Assembly: GCA_963693365.1 (NCBI GenBank)
Contig: CAVNZM010000002.1
Span: forward strand, 17,765,615-17,829,614
Length of the DNA: 64,000 nt
Source: Amoebidium appalachense
Taxonomy: Eukaryota > Protista > Ichthyosporea
Reading direction: 5' to 3'
Shown: piece by piece, positions 1 to 44,810 of the stretch
Numbering within the stretch: position 1 is the first letter of the stretch
How the letters are laid out: every line of letters starts with the position of its first letter
Position numbers and translations under genes: made by a program
Notes under the pieces: generated by a model
Told to the model about the DNA's origin: nothing
Seen by the model: only the letters and a program-made list of their open reading frames with translations
Databases searched by the model: none

Positions 1-8550
<8,550 letters not shown>

Positions 8551-9229
8551 GCAGGAGGTGTAGGGGGGTTGTGGAATGTGCATGCAGTGGTATAACCTTG
8601 TGATGGGCGTCTTTTCGAATGAATCGTGTATGGTGACTGAAAGTGTGGACACTGATTTCGAAGTGTAGAATGGTATTGTTCATGAAGTGTAAGGTGCAGG
8701 GAGGATCTAGCAATGTAATGTGAATATTCACGAGTAGAAAACGCCTAATGATTATTTCGAATGCTCCTGTTTTTATCGTTGCTGGGTGATGTGGTTTGTA
8801 CCAAGAATGTATCAGTGAGAGGGAACATGTAGAGTATGAGCTGTTTATCGCCGATGTTCCCAAGGTTGACACGTCCTCAGAGGGGTTTCTAACTGAGCGG
8901 TGTCTTGTTCTGTAAGTTTTCCTGTTACACTGCAGCATAAGGTGTACTACAAGACGATGTTTTACGATGAGAGAGTGATTATATGAATAGCTGTGACGCG
9001 CCTCCACATGGGTGGAGTAAGAGGTATACGTATCTATCATAGTGCAAGCACTCGTGTCCACTTTTGGCCAAATGCACCTTAATCATCGATACCGCCTGTG
9101 TCGTACGCATTCCCGATGCATTGAGTGTCGTTAAACAGGTGTCCTGCCCCCTCCCCCCCCCCCCCCCCCCCTCCCCGGGCCCTCCCTCCCTCCCCAGCAC
9201 CACCACCACCTGGTCCACCACCACCACCA

Positions 9230-9269
<40 letters not shown>

Positions 9270-10427
9270 ACATACATACAGGCATACACACCATCACTGC
9301 CTGGCCCCAGAAATGGATTTCGACGGCCATCTCTCTAAATGATGATGGCACTCCGGCGGCCGCCTCCTCGCCGTAGGGGGCAGGGGGAGGGGGGTGGGGG
9401 GAGGGGGGAGGGGGGAGGCTAGGGGGGGTGGGTGGGTGGTGGGGTTTCAGTGAGAGAAATTCAACATCTTTTGACCCCGGGCCGAATTCGAACGACTCAC
9501 TAGACTGCATGCAACCCGTGGCCTATAGCTATGCAGTATAGGCTATATCTTCTGCAGGTGCAGACTGGTATGGACGGCCTGCATGTGCAGTGCTATACAG
9601 AGCTGATTAGTAGCTACAGTTGCACTCTGTGTGCACACGATGGTGTTGTCATTACTGTAGTCCACACGCTGCTCGAGATCTATGCAATGGTCACTTAATG
9701 CATGTTGCATTATTCCGGTCGACACGTCGTGCCCGGGCTCTACAAGTATATGGTGCTCGCCCAAAGTGATACATTACGTGAATATCACCCAACAATTAAC
9801 ACAATCAATAACTGGCGTGTCCATAACGTCTGGTGCACTGCAGCCAACAATTACGACACATGCAGATATATACACATACGCGCCCTCCCATCTGCTGGCA
9901 GCTAACCAGTCCCACCAAACTGCAGGCAGCCTTCCAACTTATTGTGCTCCCCCCCGTGACTTTATTGCGGGAATGTGCATGAATATTCAGCCGTAGCCCC
10001 CCATTCATGCATATTTTACTGTGCCTTCGTCTATAATTACAAAATACACTCGGTCTCCAGCTGGCATATGCATTGTGACATTCACAAACATACATGATGC
10101 CAGCCAGACCAGAACACATCAGTGCATTTACCGAGCTCACCCTGTGTGCAGGGAGTTCTTCTTGCTAAATTTATGGGCCCTTTCGGGTCAAGCAGGTGTG
10201 CATCAAGCCATTAGTATGACCTGAAACCATTCGAATCTTACCCGACCCGGAACCCTAAAAGAACCTACCTCAATCTTACTCGACATCCTGAAAAACCACA
10301 GAAACAAACAAAAAAGGAAACAGCAAACATTCACACATATATATACACTACGGCCATTCATACATACGCGTACTTACACCCCCCCCCCCCACCACCATTC
10401 ACCCATGTACATACTTGCCCTACCCCC

Positions 10428-27605
<17,178 letters not shown>

Positions 27606-28314
27606 GGCGCCGTTGAGAGCACCCCTGTATGTGGTTGTGGGGGTGATTATGTGGCTAATTGCCCTTCATGAGCTTAACCATAGGTATAGGTAACTGCTAA
27701 CTTCAATAGCGGCTGAACGTGGGTTTGACTGAAACAGCATACGAACACAGTGATGAATGCGATCGCACCATGCGATTTACATAAAACAGATAAGGATAAG
27801 GACAACATATTTCATTTGTGGATCGTGAATGCTTGCAGGAATCAAAGGTTATTTTTCTGCGATTCGTCCGTGCCCAGGCGGCGATAGCGCGTTAGCATCA
27901 TAGGGCGCCCAGATCTTAGAGAGCACAGTTAGGGTGTACCAGGGTAATGAGGCCTATATCTTTACTGCGCATTGTAAATAAGAAGGCCATATATATTTAT
28001 GCGTAAAAACTTCAGAAAAGGCCTACACTCAAGTAGTATGTCGCAAAGTTTATGTATGTAATCAATCCGTCCCCCCCTCCCCCCCCCCCCCCCTCCCCCC
28101 CTCCATGAGGCCATGATCGGATATTACAAACACCGACATCTTATTGGATCGCTGGAAAAACCCGCCAAAGATATTACATCTCATTTGCTGGTTGACGAGC
28201 CCTCATCCGCGAAGAAGAGAAACACAAGTACAACAAAGCCAGTGTGGGTGCACACAGCCAGGTCCTCATTAGCCTACACTGGCATCTACAAGGCCCCCTA
28301 CGAATTCGAGTAGG

Positions 28315-29285
28315 ATGACTAAGGTACGTTCAGAGGTAAACAATTTGCGTAACGTGGAGTCATCGCGGAACCCATCCCCTGTTAGGTGTTTCAGCATGGA
28401 GCCCGCCCAACCCGTTCCTCACCCTAACATGGCTCTCCCCTTGTAGAAACTTTCAGTTGCTCATGGCCACCCATCGAGCCAACCCAAGTCACCTCGGGCC
28501 AAGGCTGCAGCCAACGGCGGTTCAGTGACTGAGGATGACGACGCAGACCTCCTTGGGGAGGTGGTGGTGCCCAAGACGCACACGGGAAGGCTGCTGCAGC
28601 TGGCCGTGTTTGGGGCCCTGGTTGCCATGTTTGCCGCCCTGTGGCAGACCTTTGCCCCCACAGACAGCAGCCAGGTACGTGCTGCTGGGAGACAAATGGA
28701 TACTCGCAGTGCTGGTAGGAATAGCCAAAATACCGCTTTAAATGGTTGTCACAACCTGACGTGTGTTCTTTTCTGTTTGTGCCTCTTGTTTATCGACCCT
28801 TGATTGCGCCGTTTGGTTAGTGGTGGCATGCACATGACTTCAAGTTACACAACAGTAGATTGGGGGTGAACATAAGTAGGAATCAAGTTCAGCGGAGTGC
28901 AATGGCCATGGCTGCTTGAGCTTGTTGCGACATCACCTTTGTGATGTAGACAGTGTACAAGGGGCATCCAAGCCGTTTTGCTAAGCTGTTTGATTTGTGA
29001 AACCACTCCCCTCCCCTCCCCCCCCCCCCCCATCTGCCCCCCTCCTCTTCCTGATTCCCCACTTACAAAATTATTTTTCTAAAACATAGGAAAAGCTAAA
29101 AAACCACCGATGTCGCTTGCTTGCTTTTCTCTGATTCTGAACGACCCCCCTCCCCCCTCCCCTCCCCGTCCCTCTCCCCTCCCCTCTCCCCCCTCCCCTT
29201 GCCCTCCCCTTGTCCCCTCCTAACGTTCCTTCTTCCGGTCCACTCCTACGACGTTACCCACCTCCCCCTCCCTCCCCCCCCCCCC

Positions 29286-29316
<31 letters not shown>

Positions 29317-29771
29317 AGACCATCAAGAACACCTTGGGCCAACTCACCTCGAACCTGACTCTTGTGAGTGTCATCAACAACAAGCTGGCCGAGCTGTTTC
29401 CTCCGGAGCAAGGTGGGTGCATGATCTAGGGTTACAGCGAAAAATAGTGAAACAGGGCCCAACGGAGGATGAAAAACGAAAGAATTCTGGTCTGGGCGCT
29501 ATATTGGTGCTAATACCGGGCCAATAGGGGTGGAGATGGGGGCTGTGGGCAAGCGGCTGCGGGAGGAGGGGCTGACAAAGAAACACCCCGTGCTGCTGGT
29601 GCCTGGGTTCACAACATCTGGGTGGGTGTTGTGTTTTTGTTTGTCGTTGATTGTTTCGATATTTCCAGGTTTTTGTAAGTTCTTTCCGTGTTCAGTCTCC
29701 TATCACCCCTTTTACTCCATCCTCTCTTTCTTTGGGACATTCCCAAGGCTGGCACGGTGTTGCTCAGGCAA

Positions 29772-29819
<48 letters not shown>

Positions 29820-31059
29820 GGGGGGGGTGATAAGAGGGGTGATATTGAAAGGGAGAGGGACAATGTGCCATACCTCTAACCTGAGAAATCCGGTTGTTTC
29901 GTGCATCTGGCATTGTGTGTCCACGGTGTTTTATTTTCCTCATCATCCGAACATCTCCCCTATTCCTTATTTGACATATTGATTGCTGCATATAGTGACG
30001 GTCTTGGGAATGGGGAAATGTGTTGTACTGGGTCAAATAAGAGTAATATGCAAAGGTGTGGCTGAGTGATGCAGAACATATGTAGGGGTGTATTTCTTTC
30101 TAGCGGGGGGCCGGAGACGGAAGGAAACACCATTCACTGCATTTACCTTTTTTGGTTTGCAATGTGGCCATCCGGACGTCGGGCTGGGGTTAGGTAGTAA
30201 GGGGACAGTGGGGGGTGGGGTGGGGGTGGGGGTGGGGGTGGGGGGGGGGGGGGGGGGGGGGAGGGGGGGGGGGGGAGACATCTGAAGACACAGTGGTCGA
30301 ACCTTAAGATTAGGGTTGTGACTGGATAGGCCGGGGTGAAGGGGCTGGGGGGTGGGGGTGAGGAGGGGTTGGGGGAGGGGGGGCACAGTGTTGTGGTAAT
30401 TGTTTGTTAGTATGCGGTGTGTGCGGGTGCTGACGTGTGTGCAGGCTGGAGGTGTGGACGGGGCAGCCATGCATGACGGGGGCATTCCGCACGCGCATGT
30501 GGACCTCCCTGACAATGATCCAGTCCGCCCTGCTCAATGTAAGAACAAGGGGGCCTGCCTGGGTTGGGGAGAAGGCCTGCGTGTGGGTTGGGATAAGGGG
30601 GGCTAGGTGATGCTGGGGATAAGGGGGGCTAGGTGGTGCTGGGGATAAGGGGGGCTAGGTGGTGCTGGGGATAAGGGGGGCTAGGTGGTGCTGGGGATAA
30701 GGGGGGCTAGGTGGTGCTGGGGATAAGGGGGGCTGGGTGATTGGGGCCATGCCCAGGGCACACACCACACCAGGCCCCTCGTCCTATTTTTCTGCACCAA
30801 ACCGTTTTTCATCCCACCCATGTCTTTGCGTGTTTTTCCCCCTCCCCCCTCCCCCTCTCCCCCAACCACCGCCACCACCACAACCACCAAACACACACAC
30901 CAGTCAGCACACCTTCTTGTCTACCTCTGGTCACCCACCTTGCGTGTTTGACAAACACCCCCCCGCCCTCCCCCGCTCGCCCCGCTACCCTTTCTCCATG
31001 GCCAGTGCCCTATCTCCTGCACGCTGAACACACATTTTTTCCATCTCTTCCCCCTCCCC

Positions 31060-31096
<37 letters not shown>

Positions 31097-32287
31097 ACCA
31101 ATTCCCTCGCTCTAACTATCCCCCCCCCCCCCCCCCCCAGGGTCAGTGCTGGATGGACCACATGCGTCTGGACACGTACACAAACCTCGACCCCCCGGGG
31201 GTGCGCCTGCGCCCGGCAGAGGGCATGGAGGCCGGCTCATACTTCCTGCCGGGCTTCTACGTGTGGGGTACGTGGGGGTGGTGGGGGGGTGTGTGTGTGT
31301 GGTGGTGGTGGTGGTGGGGGGGGGGGAGGGGGGGGAGGGGGGGGGGAGGGGGGGGGGGGGGGGGGGGGGGGGCTATCAAAACAGGAAATTTAGCATGGCA
31401 CTTTTGTGGAGACTTGTCGATTGCTACAGCAAATATTTTCTTCCATTTTTGGCCAAATATTCGACATGTATCATACTGTTGGTGCGTTTCATTTGGAATT
31501 TCACTTTAAAAAACATATGGCTTCATTTCTGTAGGGTTTCATGTTTTCAAGCGACTATTTTCACTCTGACACTGCGATAGAATGCTTACATGTAAGATCA
31601 CACGACCTTGCCGAGACCTTTTGTTTGCCTAGTGCTGTAGGGACATAGCAACTCCTTTGAGCACGTGCTATGAGCTATTCATATCTGCACAAAATGTTGC
31701 CATATATCTGGTCCTGATGGGGTTCAGATCTTACAATTTCAAGAATACCCTTTTCATTCGAGTTGACCTCTGTGCAGTTGGGTGGATAGTGGACACATGT
31801 GGTGTTGGGTGGGTGCCTGGGTGCATGGCATGGATACTGGTTAGGCGCTCGGATAGGGGCGACTGGGGATGATGTTTGTATGTGGCCGTGGCTTATGGGT
31901 GTATGTGCACGCAGGGATGATAGTGGAGAACCTGGCAGCCATAGGCTACGACAACACAAACATGATGATGGCTCCAAACGACTGGCGCCTGTCCTACGGG
32001 AACATGGTCAGTGTGTGTGTTGGGGGGGGGGGAGGTTTGTGGCTGTGTGGAAAGACAACTAGCTGGTGTGCCGACTAGAGGGATGGGTGGGAGGGGGATT
32101 ATAGAGACATGGGCACTGTGTGTGTGCATCGCCACCCTCCTTGCCGCGTTACTGTGCACGCCACACTAAAGCCACATGCCCACTAGCATGTATCACATGT
32201 TTGCCTTTTTCGATCTCTCTCTCTCTGCCTTTTTCTCCACGCCCGCCCCTTTGCACTTCTTCATCAGTTTATCTCATTTTTCCTTTA

Positions 32288-32321
<34 letters not shown>

Positions 32322-32381
32322 CCGCCTCCGCCGAGCCAAAGCCTCTGCTCTGATATCAACACACACAATGCACACAAAACT

Positions 32382-32467
<86 letters not shown>

Positions 32468-32989
32468 GCACACACGCACACACACACACACATGCACAGC
32501 AAGAGCGTGACCACCTGTTCGATCGCATGCGGCACATGGTGGAGTATCTGCATGGGGCCCACGGGGAGAAGGTGCTACTGGTGGCACACTCCATGGGGGC
32601 ACCGGTCATACTCTACTTCTTCAGATGGATCGAGAGTAAAAGGGGGGGCAATGGTAAGTGGTGAATGGGGATAAAGGGGGGGGGGGGGGGGGGGGGGGAG
32701 GGAAGGGGAAAGGGGAGGTAAAGGGTTTTGTGTGGTGTGGGTCGAGGTCACCAGCTGGTCAGGCTTTGGGGGGAGAAGGGGGACGGGGGGGGGGGGGGGG
32801 GGGAAGATAGTTCTTTTGAGAGGATGAGTTTGCGGATCTAGAGGGCAGATTGGTGGATTCGAAGGAGGGTATATGAAGTAGAAAAGAAACCTTTATGTGG
32901 CAGGCATTGGGTGTGATCTGGTCAATTAACAGAAAACCACGCCTCTCTCTTGCTAACTCAGCGCGTGCGCGCACACACACACATTCACG

Positions 32990-33052
<63 letters not shown>

Positions 33053-34915
33053 CACCCGGGTGGGTAGACCAGCACGTACATGCCCTTAGTACCATAGGGG
33101 GTGTCTACCTGGGCATCCCCAAGGCGGTCAGTGCTCTGCTCTCAGGTCCATACCCCCCTCCCCCCCCTTCCCCCCCGGTCCTCTCCGGTGTGCGCCCTCT
33201 CCCACCCCTGAGCAAGCCATGGACAGCAGCTTACCAGACCTGCCCCCTCCCCATCGTTTGTCTTTTTGAGCTAATTCCGTGTTTCTTGCACTCAAGTGAA
33301 CACACACGAGCTCACAACGTCTACGGTTTTCTCCTCATTTCTCTGACTGTTTGGGATAAACATGGGCGTGGCATAAGACGGGAAGCAGGAAGGTATGAGT
33401 TCATGCTTCGTGAATCGTGTGGTGATGCTTGTGTTCGTGTGTGGGGTGCCTCGGGGAGAGGGGGGGGGGGGGGGGGGGGGGGGGGGTGGGGGGGGGGGGG
33501 GGAGACGTGTGTGTGTGTGTGTGCGCATAGCACGTGAAGGGATTTGGAGTCTTCTTTGTTCGGAAGTAAAGTTTGATTGCATGCACGACTGACATGGTGG
33601 CCTAATAGGGGAGATGAAGGACACGAGCACGCTGGGTGAGCTAGGGGAGGTGCTGGAGTCGAGCATGTACAGCAGACGCACTAGGAGGGCACTGTTTAGA
33701 AGCTGGCACTCCCTGGTGGCAATGCTGCCTAAGGGTAAGAGTGGGGAGGGAGGGGGGGGGGGGGGGGGGTTAGGGGGACTAGGGGAAGAATGGCAGTTAG
33801 GGAGAGATGGGGGGCAGGGGATGAAGGTTGTGCAGTGTGGGGGTGAGAGGAGTGGAAGCGGGGGTAAAGGGTGGGTGCTAAGGTCATGCATTCGCTGGGA
33901 TCGGCTCAGTCGATTACTGATGCGCATTGGTGATGGAATGCATGGACAGGCAAAGGAGGGTGTGGGGTGGTGTAGTTAGCGTCTGCGTGTGGGAATGTGC
34001 AATGGGGTTGTGCATGTGGCATGGGGGGCCACCATTATATCGTTGCAAAAGGTCAAGTCACCTGTGATGTTGATGTGTTGTGTTTATTGACCTACCATGT
34101 TTTATGTTGTTTACTGACCTGCCATGTTTTATGTTGTGTTTACTGACCTATATTATATGTGTTGGATGTTTTATGTTGTGTTTACTGACCTATATTATAT
34201 GTGTTGGATGTTTTATGTTGTGTTTACTAACCTATATTATATGTGTTGCTTGTTTTATGTTGTGTTTACTGACCTGTCTCCCAGGGGGTGATGCGGTGTG
34301 GGGCAACAGCACATGGGCGCCAGACGACAGCAACCGCACACAGAGCAACAACTACACGTACGGGCAGCTGATCCGGTTCACACAGGTGGAGGGGGTGATG
34401 GTGCCTCGCAACAGGACGGCAGACACATACATGGACCTGCTGACTGCTTCGGACCCAGATTATGGGTGCGTGGGCAGGCAGAGGGGGAGGGGAGGAAGGG
34501 GGGGGGACTATGACGAGTGTGTGTTGTCTGAAAACCGAGGGTGGCGGATTATATGTGTGTGTTGGGGGGTGGGGGCTAAGATAAGATAGCCTCTTTTTTT
34601 GGCAAGTGCTAACAGGTTGGGGGCAGCAAGGTACTGGAGGGTGTGTCTGCAGGCACGGCCACAGACTTCGGCGACCCCAAGTGAGTGCAGGCGCATGTGT
34701 GTGTGAGGTGGAGGGGAGGGGAGGGGAGGGCGGAGGGGGGGAGGGGGGCGGGGGGGCTGGGCGCAGGACAGATGCAGCCATACGAGAAAACAAGAGAGAA
34801 TGGGTTCAAGTAACATTGATGTGGATGGAGCGGGCGTGTGTGTGTGTATGTCTGAGGAAAAGGAGGGGGGAAGAGGGGGTAGTTGAAGGGTGGGTGGGTT
34901 GGTGGGTGGTGGGTG

Positions 34916-34963
<48 letters not shown>

Positions 34964-35163
34964 CGGTGATGGTGGTGGTGGGGGGGGTGGGGGGATAGCT
35001 GAGAGGGGGCATTGTGCCCATGCAGATATGCAGACCCCAAGCACTGGTACAACACCCTGGAGGCCCCCCTGCCCAACGTACGTGCCCACAGCCCTGCATG
35101 CCTCGTGCTTGCATGCCGTCCATATACGTGCTTGGGCATGTGTTTTCTACGGTTCGGTTTGGC

Positions 35164-35207
<44 letters not shown>

Positions 35208-35965
35208 GAGAAGGGAGACCGAGAATGGGGGATGCTAAATTGGAAAGGAAGCCATCATGTGCACCCATGGATCGCTCTGTTCCAGCCACTGACCGGGCAA
35301 GCAGGCACCGCACATGCGCATCTACTGCCTGTACGGGGTGGGCAAGGAGACAGAGCGGGCCTACATGTACAAGTCCGCACTGCCTGAGACCGTACGTGCA
35401 CTCCCGCCATTGCTCTCCTTCATTTCTCCCTCCCTCCGTCCCTCCCCCTTTCCTCGTCCCCTCCCTCCACTCCACTCCCTCCCTCCCTCCCTCCCTTCCT
35501 TCCTGTCTCTTCCTCTCTTTCTCTCTATCCCTCCCTCCCTCTCTCTCTCTCTCTTTCTCTCTCCCTCTCCCTCTCTCCCTCTCTCCCCCCCCCTCCCCCC
35601 CCCTCTCTCTCCCCTCCCCCCCCTCGCCCTGTCCCTCGCCCCCTCCTCCCGTCCCCCTGCTTCGTTGTCTCTCTCTGGCCTCTGTCTCTCTCCCTCCCCC
35701 CTCCCCCCTCTCCCTGCCCACCCTGGTCTATCTCTGCGGATGGATCGTACTCCAGCCACATGCACTTTATTCCTGGCCCAAATCTCAGTGTCTGTGCATT
35801 GGCAATCATGCTATTCGTGATTTGATGTATAGAAATCCCTTCTTGACTCGTTCCATCGTCACAGGGTCTTACGACAAACACACGCTTCCTTCACCTTCGG
35901 GTATTTTCTGGCCGGCAACCACGCATGCCGCCTAACACACACACACGGACACAGGCATGCACACA

Positions 35966-36055
<90 letters not shown>

Positions 36056-36360
36056 AGGTGCCGCAGCATATGGCCAGTGGCTTCAGTGATGACGTAGTCA
36101 GCAATGGGGTACTGTTTGGGGAGGGGGATGGCACCGTGCCCCTGCTGAGTCTAGGCTACACCTGTGTGAGGGCCTGGAAGCCTCCATCCCCACTCAACCC
36201 CGCAAACATCAGCGTACGTGTCTTCCCCCATCATTGGAACTCCCCGCCTCTCCCATCCCCACCCCTACCTCCCCCAACCCCCCCTCCCCCCCCAAGCCTC
36301 CAACCCCACCCCACCACCACCACCACCACCCACCCACCCACCCACCCACCCACCCATCCC

Positions 36361-36431
<71 letters not shown>

Positions 36432-37257
36432 ACGTGCGCATGTACGCGCACACACACACACACACACAACATAGCACATGCATGTGCGCTTCCACGTGTC
36501 CGCCCACCTGCAAGCGTGCACACACATACACATACACACGCGCACAGATACACAGTCGTTTTCATGTGACAACGTATTGACCTTGCTAGTAGTCCCGGTT
36601 TTGAAAAGAAAGGAGTGCGCACTGACGCACATATGGGCTTGCAGGTGGTGACGAGGGAGTACGCCCACAACCCCCATCCCATCTACCCGAGAGGCGGCGA
36701 GAGCAGCGGCGACCACGGTATGTTGGGGGTGAGGTGGCAGAGTTAGATGCAGGGTGGGAAGGTGGGGGGGGGGGGCAGGGGGGACGGGTGTGGGGTGGGT
36801 GGCGGAGGAGGGTGGGTCGAGTGTGCGGAGTTAGATGTGGGGGGCGGGGAAAGGGGGGAGAGGGGGTCGGGGGGGGGGGGGGGGAGGGGGGGAGGGGGGG
36901 GGCATGTGCTCGAGGTCAGGCTTGGTTAGGTTGGAGGTTAGTGGGGCTGATGGTGCGGGAATCGATCTGCAGGTTTAGGTGGGTGAGCATGTGGGCCTGG
37001 TGTGATACGGAAGTCGTTGTAGCCCAATATTATGATGCAACATAAGATGGCGGGCCCGAATTGGGGGGGAGAGGGGGGGTTGTCTCTGGTGTGTGCTGAC
37101 TTTGTTTTTTTCTGCAGTGGACATCATGGGCAACGTGCAGGTCAATGAGGACATACTGAGACTGGCTGCCGGGCAGGAGCTGAGCAACCACATATTCAGC
37201 AACATTGAGAAATATGCTGAGAATATCCACAGGAATATATTCGGCAAGGCAAAGTGA
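28315..37257 (+). CDS. LRO1: Phospholipid:diacylglycerol acyltransferase (PDAT/Lro1, LCAT family), multi-exon
   Basis: ATG at 28315 (MTK|gt, next exon at 28447), then an N-terminal TM segment (LAVFGALVAMFAALW). Family motifs follow in order: HPVLLVPGFTTSGLEVW, DPPGVRLRPAEG, VENLAAIGYD...APNDWRLS, the lipase nucleophile VAHSMG, GIPKAVSALLSGEMKDT, MLPKGGDAVWG, IYCLYGVGKETERAY, GDGTVPLLSLG (catalytic Asp) and DHVDIMGN (catalytic His). TGA at 37255-37257. Confidence 0.93.
30591..30736. repeat. G-rich minisatellite, 26 bp unit (ggataaggggggctaggtggtgctgg), ~5.5 copies
   Basis: Directly visible, in a PDAT intron. Confidence 0.9.
34075..34275. repeat. Tandem repeat (~42 bp unit) containing a branch-point-like tttactgac/tttactaac motif
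   Basis: Directly visible, immediately upstream of the PDAT acceptor at 34283. Confidence 0.85.
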
Positions 37258-37979
37258 TATGGTTACATGAAGATATGTTGGGGATAGCTACAAGAAATAT
37301 GTCAACAAGACCCCATTATGTTACATCGAGAGATATATTTCAGCAAATCCACATGAATTTCTTCCAGCAGGCTTAGTGCTGGGGATAAATACACCGTAGG
37401 TAGGTGCTGCATTGCATTGACGACGTGCAAGCACATGCACCAGATCTAATATCAAATCCCGAGACATGCACTACTTAGATATACCTAACAGTGTCTAGCA
37501 ACCACATATGGCACATAGTGACAGATAGCAGATAAGCGCTGGTGATACCAGCGAATAAGGGCCTGACACAGTGGCTACCCAGCCGTGAAGCATGGTGACA
37601 TGTGTATGCTATTTTAGTGATTGGTGGTGGCAGGGATGCACGGTTATCTATTAGTCTTTGGTATTCATGAAGGTGTAAAATCATATCAAAAACATTTATG
37701 CATGTGACGTACAGATAGGCACATGTACATCAATAGTAGTTTGTTTCATCCATAATCTCAATTAATTGCTAAACCTGCCTATTGATTGGATGCAGAGGAT
37801 AAAACTTGTCTTAACTCTGCCAGACGCAGGCGTCTGTGCCGGCTGATATTAAATTTCGATGCCATGACTGTCGACTAAACGAGAGCTATATACAGGTAAA
37901 CTACGCTGATTCCCCGCCTTTCCTACCCCCCCCCCCCCCCCCCCCCCCCCCGGTTCGAACCCCCAATTGCAAGCACACG

Positions 37980-38031
<52 letters not shown>

Positions 38032-38521
38032 AAAAAAAAAAAAAAAAACATTCCCCCTATAGCTAGCTATTGGCCTTTCCTTTCTCACGTCTTCCCCCAT
38101 GCATGGCGCGCACACACATGCACAAACTAGTTTGCAACAGAAAAGATAAAAACTTGTATGGAGATTCCGGAGGAGTATGATCACAAAATACAAAATTGAT
38201 ATGTAATCAAGTCGGTCGTAACGTTTGCAACACCAAATGTGCATGCAGTTGCCAATTAGTGTTGCCGACCGGCAATCACTGCACGTGTATACGTACGGCA
38301 TATCGTGCCCACCGCACAGTGACTATAATGGGCCCTGGCCACCGTATGATGCCATCGTGGCACCAATACCACTGACACGTGAGTGCAGCTGGTGTGTGAA
38401 ATTGGTGTGGCCGTTGTCATCGACGTATGCCTCGAGTTGCGGGCATGATATGAACCAATCATGCGACCCAAGCAAAAAACACATCCCCATGGAAACCAAC
38501 ATATGTACCACTGTGACAGAA

Positions 38522-38858
38522 CAGTAGGGCATTCATTGGCCACACATGTGCAAGCAGTAGGGCATTGATTGGCCACACATGTGCAAGCAGTAGGGCATTG
38601 ATTGGCCACACATGTGCAAGCAGTAGGGCATTCATTGGCCACACATGTGCAAGCAGTAGGGCATTCATTGGCCGCACATGTGCAAGCAGTAGGGCATTCA
38701 TTGGCCGCACATGTGCAAGCAGTAGGGCATTTACTGGCCGCACATGTGCAAGCGGTAGGGCATTCATTGGCCGCACATGTGCAAGCAGTAGGGCATTCAT
38801 TGGCCACACATCTGCAAGCAGTAGGGCATTCATTGGCCACACATCTGCAAGCAGTAGG
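38522..38858. repeat. Minisatellite, 33 bp unit (cagtagggcattcattggccacacatgtgcaag), ~10 copies
   Basis: Directly visible, starting ~90 bp downstream of the RBX1 stop codon. Confidence 0.9.
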
Positions 38859-38947
38859 CATACACGCGAACTTCGTTTATTTGCTGGCTGGCTGCCGGCT
38901 GCTGACTGACCATACATTCCATTGGGGCTGGTGGGGCTTTGTAGAGT

Positions 38948-43470
<4,523 letters not shown>

Positions 43471-43542
43471 GGTAAGGGGTTGGGCGCAAATAGGACGTTA
43501 AGAAGGGGTAAGAGAGAACGGCTAGTAAAAAAAACTCGACAC

Positions 43543-43685
43543 TTTCGCGCGTTTTTTTCTGACTGTGTTGCTCAGATGATGCAACACATGATGACGACAT
43601 CATTCAAATTTTGGTGACGTCACGCCGCGGCAAAGTGGGCATGACGTCATCATCTGGCCTTTTAGGCGCGAAACTTTTGGCGCCA

Positions 43686-43687
<2 letters not shown>
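43543..43687 (-). promoter_or_regulatory. RBX1 proximal promoter with E2F-like and CRE/ATF-like motifs
   Basis: tttcgcgc (43543), ggcgcgaaa (43665), palindromic tttggcgccaaa (43676) and two tgacgtca (43615, 43642), all within 220 bp of the ATG. Confidence 0.55.
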
Positions 43688-43721
<34 letters not shown>

Positions 43722-43841
43722 ACACACACACACAACCCTCTTCTCTCTCTCTCTCTCTCTCTTCCCCCCCTTCCCCCCCCCCACCCTCCCTCGGGGCCCC
43801 TTTCGGCCCCACCAAGGTTGTCGAGTCTCTTATCCTCCTTA

Positions 43842-44269
43842 GGGATTTTTGAATTTGAAAGGGGGGGGGGGGGGGGGGGGGGAGGGGGTAGCTAATATCG
43901 ACGTCCGCCCTGGTGGTACCTCCCTCCCCCCTCCCCAAGGTAGCCGGAGGGGGTGGGTGGGTCCCCCCCCCCCCCCCCCCCCCTCCGAGGGGAGACCCAC
44001 CTGGGTGAATGGGGTGGTGGGTCCTCCCCCCCCCCCCCCCCCTCTCCCCTCCCCTCCCGGCCCCCCGACACCCCGCCCGCCCCGCCCATGCGCATGATCA
44101 TGACCAGTGTCTCTTTTCCACCGGTACCCACCAAAATTGTACATGTATTCGTTATTTATTTTTTTTTCTTCAAGGAATTCAATCGATTTTCCGTTTTGGC
44201 CACTGATGCATATCCCCCCCCCCTGCCTCCCCCCGGCCCCCTCGTACACACTCACCACACACACACACA

Positions 44270-44315
<46 letters not shown>

Positions 44316-44729
44316 CCGCACGCAAGCGCGCGCGCACGCATACACACACATGCATTCAAAGTTTCGGCCACCCGTTGAAGTTGGTGCTGGTGCTCTTCTT
44401 CTGCCGGATGCATACTCATTGTGTGTTCTTTGCAAGGTCTGCTTTGTGTTGTCCGCGGCAAACGTGTACTATTTGCGCCGTATTATTTTCGTTAAACGAC
44501 CCCCCCCCCCTCCCCCCTCATCTCGCCTCACTCACCTCCTTCCACTCCTCCGGATCCCCTCCCTTACCCTAGACAACATTTTCTAACGGCTCATCACGCT
44601 CAAAACCCCCTCCCCCCCCCCTCCCCCGGCTCCTCCCGCCTCACTCACCTCCCCTCCCCCCCCTCCTGCCCCCCCCCCCTCACCCTGCTCATTTACACAA
44701 GTAAATGCTTGTGCACATGCGCACGCACG

Positions 44730-44810
<81 letters not shown>

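Noticed and set aside
28396-28446. ATG at 28396 as the PDAT start
   Set aside because: It reaches TAG at 28444-28446, which is the intron acceptor. The spliced start at 28315 gives a continuous frame.
37300-37375. Degenerate copy of the last PDAT codons in the 3' UTR as an alternative exon
   Set aside because: It is short, diverged and has no acceptor, so it is likely an old local duplication.
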